A stretch of DNA of 64,000 bases from contig JAFQSD010000004.1 of NCBI GenBank assembly GCA_017409785.1, positions 48,663 through 112,662 of the forward strand, given 5' to 3'. Shown here in pieces: positions 18,973-28,388 of the stretch; the first letter of the stretch is position 1; the number at the start of each line of letters is the position of its first letter. A model generated the notes under the pieces. The model searched no databases. It saw only the letters and a program-made list of their open reading frames with translations, and was not told the DNA's origin. Both the position numbers and the translations under genes were made by a program. The DNA comes from Bacilli bacterium. GTDB lineage: Bacteria > Bacillota_I > Bacilli_A > RF39 > UBA660.

Positions 18973-20637
18973 ATGAAATACGATATTTGTGTCTTTGGAG
19001 GATGTGCTCTAGACCAATTTTATTATAAAAGTGAAAAGGGAGAAATCCCAGAATGTCCATCTCTAGTTTTACCAGGTGGAAAAGGTTCTAACCAAGCAGT
19101 AGCAGCAGCTCGTGCAGGAGCTAAAGTTACAATGGTTAGTCGTTTAGGAAAAGATTCAATTGGCCAAAGAATATTAGAAAACCTTGTATACAACAACATT
19201 ACTACAAATAATATTGAAGTAGTAGATGGTTTAAGTAATGATTATGCCAAAATTGTTATTGATGAAAAGACTAAAGATAATGATATTGAAAGATTTGCAG
19301 GAGCAATAGATAGTTTTACTCCAGATATCATTGATCGATATAAAAAAGTATTTCTTCAATCAAAAATGATAGTTGCACAACTAAAAGTACCAAAAGAAGT
19401 AAGTGTTGAATTAATTAACTTCTGCTTTGACAATAATGTCCCATTAATATTAACTCCTTGTCGTCCACAAAGATTAGTAATATCTGAACCAGGAAATAAG
19501 GATTTACTTGATAAGATTACATACATAACTGCTAATAAAAAAGAATGTGAAACAATTTTTGAAACAACAGATATCGATTCTTGTCTAGCAATGTATCCTA
19601 ATAAATTAATCGTAACATTAGGTCCTGATGGAGTAGCATATCATGATGGAGAGAAAGTGGTTAGAATTCCTGCTATTGAAGTTGATAGAGTAGAAGATAC
19701 AACAGGAGCAGGAGATACATTTAATGGAAACTTTGCGGCATCTTTAATTAAAGGATATACAATTTATGAATCAGTAGTAAAAGCTCAATACGCATCAAGT
19801 ATGAAAATTAGAGTAAAAGGTGCTCAAGATGGAATGCCTTATGAAGAAGAATTAGAAAAATACATGATGAATTATTATCTTGATGATCATAATTACACAA
19901 GAGAATTTGATCTAGCATATAATGCTATCGAAGATGCAACATCAACTATTAATAAAAAGAATTTAGTAAAAATTAAATTCCGCGAAAAAGCAGATTCAAC
20001 ATTCGTTACAGAATCAGACCTAATCGTTGAAAAATTATTAATTGACCATATTAGAGATAGTTTCCCTGATGACAATTTTGTTACAGAAGAATTCAATAAC
20101 GAAAATGCAATTCAAAATCGTACATGGATAATTGATCCGATTGATGGAACTGCTCACTATATGAAAAAGTCAATTTTCTGGGGAATTCAATTAGCATTTG
20201 TAGATAAAGGAGAAATTCAATTCTCAATTATGTATTTACCAAAATTAGATGAAATGTTTTATGCAATAAAAGGTAAAGGTGCATATCTAAATCATAAAAA
20301 GATTAACTTGGGAAATACAGTACCACTAAATCAAAGTACAATTGAATTCTGTGGTTCTTGTCATAAAAAGTTCTATGAAAAACAACGTATTTTTGAAAAG
20401 TTATTAAATAACCCAGTTCATCCAGCAAACTTTATGCATATTAACGCATGTTGTTTTGCTTTCTCAAACCTTTTAACAGGAAGAACAAATACTCTTGTGT
20501 TATCTACAACAAAACCATGGGATATTATTCCAGGTGTATTTATGACACAAGAAGCAGGATTAAAACAATTCTCAATTACTGGATTAACTGTATATTCGAA
20601 TACAGAAGATATTGAAAAATTCATTTTAGAAGACTAA
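18973..20637 (+). CDS. fusion protein: PfkB/ribokinase-family sugar kinase plus inositol-monophosphatase (FIG) fold phosphatase domain
   Basis: N-terminal half has GGKGSNQA and DTTGAGDTFNG (ribokinase signatures). C-terminal half has WIIDPIDGT and a WD..G motif (IMPase/CysQ family). Confidence 0.7.
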   Translation: MKYDICVFGGCALDQFYYKSEKGEIPECPSLVLPGGKGSNQAVAAARAGAKVTMVSRLGKDSIGQRILENLVYNNITTNNIEVVDGLSNDYAKIVIDEKTKDNDIERFAGAIDSFTPDIIDRYKKVFLQSKMIVAQLKVPKEVSVELINFCFDNNVPLILTPCRPQRLVISEPGNKDLLDKITYITANKKECETIFETTDIDSCLAMYPNKLIVTLGPDGVAYHDGEKVVRIPAIEVDRVEDTTGAGDTFNGNFAASLIKGYTIYESVVKAQYASSMKIRVKGAQDGMPYEEELEKYMMNYYLDDHNYTREFDLAYNAIEDATSTINKKNLVKIKFREKADSTFVTESDLIVEKLLIDHIRDSFPDDNFVTEEFNNENAIQNRTWIIDPIDGTAHYMKKSIFWGIQLAFVDKGEIQFSIMYLPKLDEMFYAIKGKGAYLNHKKINLGNTVPLNQSTIEFCGSCHKKFYEKQRIFEKLLNNPVHPANFMHINACCFAFSNLLTGRTNTLVLSTTKPWDIIPGVFMTQEAGLKQFSITGLTVYSNTEDIEKFILED

Positions 20638-20653
20638 TATTTGGAGGTAGTGT

Positions 20654-22474
20654 ATGAAAAAATATATCAATGAAGACTTAATTAAAATATTAATAAGTAT
20701 AATCTTATTTATAGTTTCCTTATTTATTGAGGCTGCAGAAGTAAACTTAGCATTACTCGCAATTTCATATGCTATCATAAGTACTGGAATATATATAAAT
20801 GCTTATCACCACGTAAAGAAAAAAATATTCTTTGATGAAAACTTGCTTATGATTATTGCCACACTATGTGCTTTTGCCATCGGTAGTAATGAAGAAGCAG
20901 TAATGGTTATGTTATTATTCCATATTGGAGAATATTTATCTGATTTGGCAGTAAATAACAGTAAAAAATCAATTACAAAATTAATGGACTTAAGAGTAGA
21001 AAAAGCAAATAAATTAATAAATGGTGAAATAGTAGAAGTAGATATTAAAAAAGTTGAAGAAGATGATTTATTACTTGTTAAGCCAGGAGAAAAAATACCA
21101 TTAGATGGTATTGTAATAGAAGGAGAGTCACATCTAGATACATCATCATTAACAGGAGAATCAAAACCAAGAAAAGTATCAATTAATGATAAAGTCATAA
21201 GTGGTTGTATAAATAAAGATAATATTCTAACTATTAAAGCAACATCTACGTATAAAACATCAACAGCATCTAAAATAATAGATATTATTGAAAAATCTTC
21301 TTCTAAGAAAGCTGAAACAGAAAAATTTATTACAAAGTTTTCTAAGGTGTACACACCTATAATAGTTGTATGTGCAATACTTCTTGTAGTAATTCCAACA
21401 CTTCTTGGACAAGAATTTAATACATGGTTATATAGAGCCTTAGTATTCTTAGTAACTTCTTGTCCATGTGCTTTAGTAATTTCTATTCCTCTAGCATATT
21501 TTTGTGGAATAGGTAAGGCATCACGTGAAGGAATATTAATAAAAGGTAGTAAAGAATTAGAAAACTTAGAAAACCTAGATTACATAATTTTTGATAAAAC
21601 AGGTACAATAACAGAAGGCGTGTTCGAAGTAACAGAAATCTATACAGTAGATATAAAAGAAAATAAATTACTTCAAATTGCTGCTTCTGCCGAAGAATAT
21701 TCACTTCATCCAATTGCAACTGCAATAAAAGAAAAAAATGAATCTAAACTTTTACCAGTAGAAAAATATAAAGAAATTAGTGGTAAAGGAATATCCTGCG
21801 AAGTAGATGGAAAAAAAGTATTAATTGGTAATGAACAATTATTAAAAGATAATAAAGTAATGACTCTACCAGTTTCAGAAAACTCATCAATTGTTCATAT
21901 CGCAATTGATAAAGAATATGCAGGATATATTGTAATATCTGATAAAGTTAAGAAGAGTAGTTCACATATTATAAAACTATTAAAATATATAAATAAAGAT
22001 TTAGTAATACTATCTGGAGATATCGAATCAACTGTTAAAAAAGTTGCCAAAAAAGTAGGTATTAATAATTACTTCGCATCACTTCTTCCAGAAGATAAAG
22101 TAAACAAAGTAAAAGAATACAAGAAAGAAGGAAAAGTTCTTTTTGTAGGTGATGGAGTAAATGATGCTCCTGTATTAAAAATATCTGACATTGGTGTATC
22201 TATGGGACAAGTTGGTAGTGATGCTGCAATTGAAGCAAGTGATATGGTTATCATGAAAGATGACTTATCTAAAATAGAAACTGCAATTAAAATCGCAGCT
22301 TATACCAAAAAGAAAGTTAAGCAAACAATGACTTTTGCACTACTAATAAAATTTGTAATATTAATACTTGGTGCTTATGGAATAAGTACTATCTGGATGG
22401 CAGTATTTGCCGATGTAGGAGTAACATTCCTATGTATTTTAAACGTTCTAACTATCATGTGGAAAAAATTTTAA
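20654..22474 (+). CDS. P1B-type heavy-metal translocating P-type ATPase (no N-terminal HMA domain)
   Basis: CPC in a TM helix (SCPCALV), DKTGTIT phosphorylation motif, GDGVNDAP; 606 aa. Confidence 0.8.
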   Translation: MKKYINEDLIKILISIILFIVSLFIEAAEVNLALLAISYAIISTGIYINAYHHVKKKIFFDENLLMIIATLCAFAIGSNEEAVMVMLLFHIGEYLSDLAVNNSKKSITKLMDLRVEKANKLINGEIVEVDIKKVEEDDLLLVKPGEKIPLDGIVIEGESHLDTSSLTGESKPRKVSINDKVISGCINKDNILTIKATSTYKTSTASKIIDIIEKSSSKKAETEKFITKFSKVYTPIIVVCAILLVVIPTLLGQEFNTWLYRALVFLVTSCPCALVISIPLAYFCGIGKASREGILIKGSKELENLENLDYIIFDKTGTITEGVFEVTEIYTVDIKENKLLQIAASAEEYSLHPIATAIKEKNESKLLPVEKYKEISGKGISCEVDGKKVLIGNEQLLKDNKVMTLPVSENSSIVHIAIDKEYAGYIVISDKVKKSSSHIIKLLKYINKDLVILSGDIESTVKKVAKKVGINNYFASLLPEDKVNKVKEYKKEGKVLFVGDGVNDAPVLKISDIGVSMGQVGSDAAIEASDMVIMKDDLSKIETAIKIAAYTKKKVKQTMTFALLIKFVILILGAYGISTIWMAVFADVGVTFLCILNVLTIMWKKF

Positions 22475-22513
22475 AGGAGGAAGAATAATATTTTATTCTT
22501 CTTTGGTGTTTAT

Positions 22514-23704
22514 ATGAAGAAAAAAATAATAATAATTGTCATAATTACATTAGTATTAATTTCCATGATTATAGGTGGTATTTTCTTCTATAATAAATGG
22601 AGAATAGCTAATGCTAAAATATTAGTGGAACTAAATGATAACCTACAAGTTGAAGTATATAGTGAAAGTAAATTATCTGACTTTATAAAATCAATAAATG
22701 GTAAGATTCAAGATGATTTTACTATTAATACTGAAAAGGTAGGGAAGAAACCAATTAATTTTAAATATATAAATGATGATAATATAGAAGTTTCATATTC
22801 ATTTGAAATAGAAGTTGTTGATACAAAAGCTCCATATATTTTCTCTTCAAGTTCATTGTCAGTAACAAAAGGTTATTCTGGAAACTTAGCTGAAGAACTA
22901 TTTTGTGGTGATAATTATGATGATGTACCAGTCTGTGAAATTACGGGAACATATAATGCTAATGTGCCAGGAACATACCCTCTAACATTTACAGGAAAAG
23001 ATTCATCTGGAAATGTTTCAACAACTAATTTTAATTTGATTGTAAAAGAAAAGTCATCAACAACAGCTTCTTCAACATATCAAAACTTTTCCGATATAGT
23101 TGCCAAACATAAAACTGAAAATACTAAGATAGGTTTAGATGTATCTAAATGGCAAGGAGACATAAACTTCCAACAAGTAAAAGACGCTGGAGTAGAATTT
23201 GTTTTTATAAGAATTGGAACTCAAAAAGGAATTGGTGGAGAATATGTTATTGATCCAAAATTTGAACAAAATATAAAAGGATTCCAAAGTGTTGGAATCC
23301 CTGTTGGAGTATATTTTTATACTTATGCTAATAGTAATAAAGCATCACTTGCTGATGCTAAATGGGTTATAGAAAACTTAAAACCATACAAGATAGAATT
23401 ACCAGTAGTATTTGACTGGGAAAACTGGTCTTTCTATCAAGAATTTGATAAAAGTTTCTATAACCTAACACAAATGGCTAATACATTTCTAAGTACTATA
23501 GAAAAAGCAGGCTATAAAGCCATGCTATACAGTAGTAAAAATTATCTAGAAAATGTCTGGTTTGAAACAAACTATCCAGTATGGCTAGCTCATTATACAG
23601 AAAAAACTACATATCAAGGAAAATATGATGTATGGCAATTATGTAGTAATGGAAGAGTTCCAGGAATAAAAGGAAACGTTGATATAAATGTTATGTATAA
23701 TTAA
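22514..23704 (+). CDS. membrane-anchored GH25 muramidase (lysozyme/autolysin)
   Basis: N-terminal TM helix and a C-terminal GH25 signature, GLDVSKWQGDINFQQVK..VEFVFIRIG. Confidence 0.7.
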   Translation: MKKKIIIIVIITLVLISMIIGGIFFYNKWRIANAKILVELNDNLQVEVYSESKLSDFIKSINGKIQDDFTINTEKVGKKPINFKYINDDNIEVSYSFEIEVVDTKAPYIFSSSSLSVTKGYSGNLAEELFCGDNYDDVPVCEITGTYNANVPGTYPLTFTGKDSSGNVSTTNFNLIVKEKSSTTASSTYQNFSDIVAKHKTENTKIGLDVSKWQGDINFQQVKDAGVEFVFIRIGTQKGIGGEYVIDPKFEQNIKGFQSVGIPVGVYFYTYANSNKASLADAKWVIENLKPYKIELPVVFDWENWSFYQEFDKSFYNLTQMANTFLSTIEKAGYKAMLYSSKNYLENVWFETNYPVWLAHYTEKTTYQGKYDVWQLCSNGRVPGIKGNVDINVMYN

Positions 23705-24399
23705 ATATACTTTAATATCTTCACAATATGATTACCACTCTTAGTAGTTTTAATAATTCCAATATATTTAAACTTACCAATCTTTCTTATACTAAAAGTA
23801 TCATTTTCTTTTAACGTATAAGAAAGATTTTTTAATAGTTCATTATTTAATAAAATTTCTTTATCTTTAACTTTCTCCTTAATCACGGCACGACTAGTGC
23901 CAGATAAATGAGATACAATTGTATCTATTCTTTCACTAGATACAATTAATTCAAGTTCTTCATAAGCACGTTCATAATCTTTTAAATAATCAAGATCTAA
24001 TTCAATAAGTTCAATTTTACTATTACGAACTTTAGTAAAATTCATTTCAAAATAATTTTGAAAAAGTTTTAAAATATAAATAAAATATCTACCATCATTA
24101 AGAATAATATCTCCATACATTTCTTTACTAATATTTAAAGAATACATTGTACCTAAAATATCTTGATGACGTAATTCATTAGAACATTTAATTTCATATA
24201 ATAAAACTTCGGGTTCTCGATCTAAATAATAAATTATCTTTTCGCTATCTCGGTTAGGAGAAAAAACATTAAGTCTGTTTTTTCCAAACTTTCTTTTAAC
24301 CTCTTTGGCTTCACTTAAATCTAAAAAGAAAGTTGGTTGACCATTATCAAGTCTAGTTACATTCTTTTGAATCTCATACATAAAATACCTCTTAAACAC
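23701..24399 (-). CDS. S4-domain RNA-binding protein (YlmH-like)
   Basis: 232 aa. The C-terminal S4-like segment and general similarity to YlmH are a weak assignment. Confidence 0.35.
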   Translation of the reverse strand: MFKRYFMYEIQKNVTRLDNGQPTFFLDLSEAKEVKRKFGKNRLNVFSPNRDSEKIIYYLDREPEVLLYEIKCSNELRHQDILGTMYSLNISKEMYGDIILNDGRYFIYILKLFQNYFEMNFTKVRNSKIELIELDLDYLKDYERAYEELELIVSSERIDTIVSHLSGTSRAVIKEKVKDKEILLNNELLKNLSYTLKENDTFSIRKIGKFKYIGIIKTTKSGNHIVKILKYI

Positions 24400-24433
24400 T
24401 CGCTATTATATCAAATAAAATGTTATAATTAAA

Positions 24434-24844
24434 GTGGTGATTATAATGAAAGTAATAACTGTAAAGCAACCATTCGCAACACTTATAGCAGAAGGTCTAA
24501 AAGAATATGAATTTAGAACATGGAGAACTAAATTTAGAGGTGATATTTTAATACATGCCGGTAAGGGAATAGATAAAAAGGCTATGGAAAGATATAAACA
24601 TTTAAATTTAGATTATCCATCAGGAAAAATAATAGCAAAAGCAACTATCACAGACTGTGTTTATGTAGATGATAATTTAAAAGAAGAATTACAAGAAAAA
24701 GATCCATTAGTATATTATGGTATACTTCAAAAAGATAGTGATTGGGATGGTTATGGATTTAAATTAGAAAACATAGAAAAGATAGAACCAATAGAAATAA
24801 ATGGAAAACTAAGTCTATGGGACTATGATTATAAAGACGAGTAA
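24434..24844 (+). CDS. ASCH-domain protein
   Basis: KVITVKQPFATLIAEGLKEYEFRTWRTKFRGDILIHAG is a typical ASCH/PUA-like N-terminus. Confidence 0.55.
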   Translation: MVIIMKVITVKQPFATLIAEGLKEYEFRTWRTKFRGDILIHAGKGIDKKAMERYKHLNLDYPSGKIIAKATITDCVYVDDNLKEELQEKDPLVYYGILQKDSDWDGYGFKLENIEKIEPIEINGKLSLWDYDYKDE

Positions 24845-24858
24845 TCGTCTTTTTTTTG
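24834..24858 (+). terminator. rho-independent terminator
   Basis: agacga gtaa tcgtct followed by a T8 run. Confidence 0.5.
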
Positions 24859-24879
24859 TAAACATAAATTGTGGAAAAC

Positions 24880-24906
24880 TTGACAAAGAGGTGGGGGGGG
24901 TACAAT
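24880..24906 (+). promoter_or_regulatory. promoter TTGACA-15-TACAAT with a G8 homopolymer in the spacer
   Basis: TTGACA at 24880-24885, G8 at 24893-24900 and TACAAT at 24901-24906, about 25 nt upstream of ATG 24932. Confidence 0.45.
24893..24900 (+). repeat. poly-G (G8) homopolymeric tract
   Basis: Seen directly. It is exceptional in a roughly 70% A+T sequence. Confidence 0.9.
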
Positions 24907-24931
24907 TTTACTAGAATAGGAGTTGCAGAAA

Positions 24932-25615
24932 ATGGAAAAATCAAGAAAAACTAAAGTTTTATTAATTATTGCATTAGTATTAGCAATAACAGGAATGTCT
25001 TTAGGATTTGCAGCTTTCTCATCAACTTTAACTATCTCATCAAGTGCGACTGTAACACCTAATAGTGATGATTTTAACCTTACGATATATGGTATTAGTG
25101 ATTATGTGGCTTGGGGAGATTTTCTAAATAGTTTAGACTTTTCACTTCTTTCTACTACAATATCTTCTCCAACACTTAACCCTACATCATCGTCGGCCGA
25201 AACAACTGCTACAACAGCAATTATAAATAATGATACAATGACATTATCAAATATAAGTGTAACATTCTCAAAGCCAAGTATAGAAACAGCTAATTATTAT
25301 TTTGTACTAAAAAACACAGGAAAATATACTGCATATATGAATTTAAATGAAAGTGAAATAGGAGAATTATGTACATGGGAAGAAAATACAACGGAAAGTT
25401 TAGCAGAACAAGCATGTAATTCTATATATTGGAATATATATACCATAGATAATCAGGGAAATCAAATAGAATTCGGCACAAGTCCAATATTACCAAATGA
25501 TTGGCAAATGCTATTGATTGAATTCAAATATCCAGAGGGTTCAGTCTTACCAGATGGAAATATTAAATATGAAGTAAGAGAATTAAAACTCCCATATACG
25601 ACAACACCACAATAA
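24932..25615 (+). CDS. secreted protein with SipW-cognate-like (TasA/camelysin-type) signal peptide
   Basis: N-terminus K-rich, hydrophobic, then G-SLGFAAFSSTLTISSSATV, compared with the TasA/CalY G-GT-AAF-D class. It has a paralogue at 27505. Confidence 0.45.
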   Translation: MEKSRKTKVLLIIALVLAITGMSLGFAAFSSTLTISSSATVTPNSDDFNLTIYGISDYVAWGDFLNSLDFSLLSTTISSPTLNPTSSSAETTATTAIINNDTMTLSNISVTFSKPSIETANYYFVLKNTGKYTAYMNLNESEIGELCTWEENTTESLAEQACNSIYWNIYTIDNQGNQIEFGTSPILPNDWQMLLIEFKYPEGSVLPDGNIKYEVRELKLPYTTTPQ

Positions 25616-25640
25616 AAACACCAATTAGGTGTTTTTATTT
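25616..25640. terminator. bidirectional rho-independent terminator
   Basis: aaaacacc aatta ggtgtttt, flanked by A-runs and T-runs; it sits between convergent genes. Confidence 0.55.
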
Positions 25641-26074
25641 TATAAAAATTCTTTAATTTCTTCTACGTATTCTTCTTGCATATCTACATATTCTTTCATG
25701 ATTTCTTTTACATTAGGATCTTCATCTTTTTGATTAATAAGTCTTCTTCCTTCAATAATTCCCATATTTAATCCCTGAAGTAACATCTCTGCAAGTTTTG
25801 AATCACTTCCATCATTCATAGTTCGCATTTGAATACCAGACCATGTCATAACTTTATTCATCGCATTTGTTTCATGAGGATCATCATCACTATATTTATC
25901 ATATACTTTATTAATTCTTTCTTCTAAGTCCTCATATTCTTCTAGTAAATCTTCACAAACTTTTTTAAATTTTTTATCTTCAATTTTTTCTAAGATAAAT
26001 TTAACTGCATCACTTCCCATACAACAACCTTTATTTAATTCATCTAAAATATCAATATTATTTTCTTCTTTCAT
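25640..26074 (-). CDS. small acidic cytoplasmic protein, function unknown
   Basis: The start was moved to the second ATG, where the GGAGGG RBS is correctly spaced. Confidence 0.4.
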   Translation of the reverse strand: MKEENNIDILDELNKGCCMGSDAVKFILEKIEDKKFKKVCEDLLEEYEDLEERINKVYDKYSDDDPHETNAMNKVMTWSGIQMRTMNDGSDSKLAEMLLQGLNMGIIEGRRLINQKDEDPNVKEIMKEYVDMQEEYVEEIKEFL

Positions 26075-26179
26075 AATTCCCTCCATTTATAGTATTTACA
26101 CAATTTACAAAAAAATACATTTATAAAATATTAAAAAAAAACAATTATGATATACTTAAGTAAAGTAGAGGAGAAGACT

Positions 26180-26638
26180 ATGAAAAAGAAAATATTACTA
26201 GTTTTATTATTAATTGGAACATTATTTATAACAGGATGTACTGCGAAAGAAAAATTAGAACCAAATAATTTTAAAAAAATTATGGAGAAAAAAGAATTTG
26301 TTGTAGTAGATAACACAGGAATTGCTTTATCTGAAATTGGAAATGTTGAATTAAGCTATACCGCATCTCCGCAAGACCAACGATATACAATTGAATATTA
26401 TTCATTTGATGGAGAAGTATCTGCCCAAGGATTCTATGCTAAGAAACAAGCTGAATTAGGTTCAACAGGTTCACAAGTATATACAGAACTAAATCTTGGA
26501 AATTATTCAAAATATACAATGATTTATAATGGAAAATTCACTGCTATATCACGTGTTTCTAACACAGCTGTCTATGTAACAGCCGACAAAATATATGAAG
26601 AAGAAATAAAACAATTATTATTGGATATTGGTTACTAA
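26180..26638 (+). CDS. lipoprotein
   Basis: MKKKILLVLLLIGTLFITGC: signal peptide plus an LITGC lipobox. The start was trimmed to the ATG after RBS gaggag. Confidence 0.6.
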   Translation: MKKKILLVLLLIGTLFITGCTAKEKLEPNNFKKIMEKKEFVVVDNTGIALSEIGNVELSYTASPQDQRYTIEYYSFDGEVSAQGFYAKKQAELGSTGSQVYTELNLGNYSKYTMIYNGKFTAISRVSNTAVYVTADKIYEEEIKQLLLDIGY

Positions 26639-26700
26639 AAAGACTCAACTTGACAAATGTATAAAATACGCATATCATATTAACGAATGGAGTTGATATT

Positions 26701-27375
26701 ATGGAATTAACTAATCCTTTATATAAAAATATGGGAGCACACGTTGTTGATACTATTTTTACAATTGATAAAGGTAGAATTAAAGTCCTTTTAATTAAAA
26801 GAAATAACGAACCATATAGAGGAAGTTGGGCTTTAGTAAGTGGAGCTATGTATAATAATGAACTTATTGAAACTGCAGCTTTACGTGAATTAAAAGAAAA
26901 AACAAATATCTCAGATATTGAATTAACTTTTATAGGGGTAGATGATGATACTGATAGATCACCACTATTAAGAATGTTTGCTTTTATTCATATCGGTCTT
27001 GTTGATTTTCAAAATATAAAATTTTTAAAAGAAACAGAAAAAACAATGGATGCAGATTGGTTTGACATTAATGATATTCCAGAACTTGCTTATGACCACA
27101 ATAAGATTTTAGATTATGCTATTGAAAAATTAAAAACAATGATTAATTCATCAAATATTTTAAAAAGAATTTATCCTAATGGATTTACAATCCCAGAAAT
27201 TCATAAAGTTTATGAATCAACATTAGGAGTAGAAATAGATAGACGTAACTTTAGAAAAAAACTTCTAACTCAAAAAATAATTCTTGATACAAATGAAACA
27301 ATAACTTTTGAAGGTAAGAAGCCAGCCAAAAAATATATATTTAATGATGAATTACCAGATAAAAAATTATTCTAG
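26701..27375 (+). CDS. NUDIX hydrolase with C-terminal extension (possibly NrtR-like)
   Basis: Nudix box GAMYNNELIETAALRELKEKTNI, plus an additional roughly 80-aa C-terminal domain. Confidence 0.65.
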   Translation: MELTNPLYKNMGAHVVDTIFTIDKGRIKVLLIKRNNEPYRGSWALVSGAMYNNELIETAALRELKEKTNISDIELTFIGVDDDTDRSPLLRMFAFIHIGLVDFQNIKFLKETEKTMDADWFDINDIPELAYDHNKILDYAIEKLKTMINSSNILKRIYPNGFTIPEIHKVYESTLGVEIDRRNFRKKLLTQKIILDTNETITFEGKKPAKKYIFNDELPDKKLF

Positions 27376-27405
27376 AGAAGAACTTAAATTGTTCTTCTTT
27401 TTTTG
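27376..27405 (+). terminator. rho-independent terminator
   Basis: gagaagaac ttaaatt gttcttc followed by a T8 run. Confidence 0.55.
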
Positions 27406-27449
27406 ACAAAAACTAATATTAAAATAATGTAAAGTAAGACTAAGGAAAG

Positions 27450-27478
27450 TTGAAAAAAAACGTATAGAAAGGTACAAT
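27450..27478 (+). promoter_or_regulatory. promoter TTGAAA-17-TACAAT (A8 in the spacer)
   Basis: Seen directly. It is homologous to the 24880 promoter but has poly-A instead of poly-G. Confidence 0.35.
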
Positions 27479-27504
27479 TATATTATAGAATTGGGGAAAT
27501 TAAT

Positions 27505-28371
27505 ATGGAAAGAAATAGACAAACAAAAATGATTACCATTATTGCATTAGTGATAGCCGTAGCAGGAATGTCTTTAGGATTTGCAGCATTTTCATCAACA
27601 TTAACTATTTCATCAAGTGCAACAGTTGCACCAGATAGTTCAAACTTTAAAGTTGGATTTTATGCCAGCACAACGTCTACTTTAGCAAGTGAAGCTCAAG
27701 ATCATGTTTATCCAAGTACAAATGGAAGTGCTAGTGCTACTTCACTATATATATCAGAAGGAACTACATCAATTTCTGGATTAAAAGCCAACTTTACCGC
27801 ACCGGGAGAATCAGTTACTTATAGTTTTTATGTTGGGAATAGTGGAGAGTATGATGCTTATTTAAGAGCAATTAACTTTAATAATGTAACTGGAGCAAGT
27901 TCAAATAAAGTTTGTACTGCTGGAACAGATGCAACTGATTCTTTAGTACAAGCTGCATGTAATGATATTTCAATTAGTGTAAATGTTCATGATATAACAG
28001 CAACATCTACAAGTTCCAGTATATCAGGTAAAGTATTATACAAAAAAACATTTGCACCAATTACAATAACTATTGAATATGCTGCAAATGGAAATAGAGC
28101 AGATGGACCATTCTCAGTATCTTTTGGAGATATTTCTATAGATTATAGTACTATTGACAATAATGTAAATACAATAACCTTTACAATTAACGATGAAATA
28201 TATTACGCCGAACAAGGAATGACTCATCTGGATTGGTTTGAAAGTTCATATAATACGTTGTATGATGATATAACAATATTGTTCTGTGATGGTGAAAATA
28301 AAATAATTAATGAAACCGATGTTCTTATAAATAACGAAGAATATTATCTTGGTGATTCATACTGCATTTAA
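27505..28371 (+). CDS. secreted protein with SipW-cognate-like signal peptide (paralogue of 24932)
   Basis: Its N-terminus MERNRQTKMITIIALVIAVAGMSLGFAAFSSTLTISSSATV is almost identical to that of the 24932 protein. The mature parts diverge. Confidence 0.45.
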   Translation: MERNRQTKMITIIALVIAVAGMSLGFAAFSSTLTISSSATVAPDSSNFKVGFYASTTSTLASEAQDHVYPSTNGSASATSLYISEGTTSISGLKANFTAPGESVTYSFYVGNSGEYDAYLRAINFNNVTGASSNKVCTAGTDATDSLVQAACNDISISVNVHDITATSTSSSISGKVLYKKTFAPITITIEYAANGNRADGPFSVSFGDISIDYSTIDNNVNTITFTINDEIYYAEQGMTHLDWFESSYNTLYDDITILFCDGENKIINETDVLINNEEYYLGDSYCI

Positions 28372-28388
28372 AATAAAAAGAATGCTAA

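Noticed and set aside
24893-24900. G8 tract as a possible homopolymer sequencing or assembly artefact
   Set aside because: This cannot be excluded from sequence alone. It is retained as a finding because it sits exactly in a promoter spacer, where such tracts are functional. Tract-length heterogeneity is listed there as the check.
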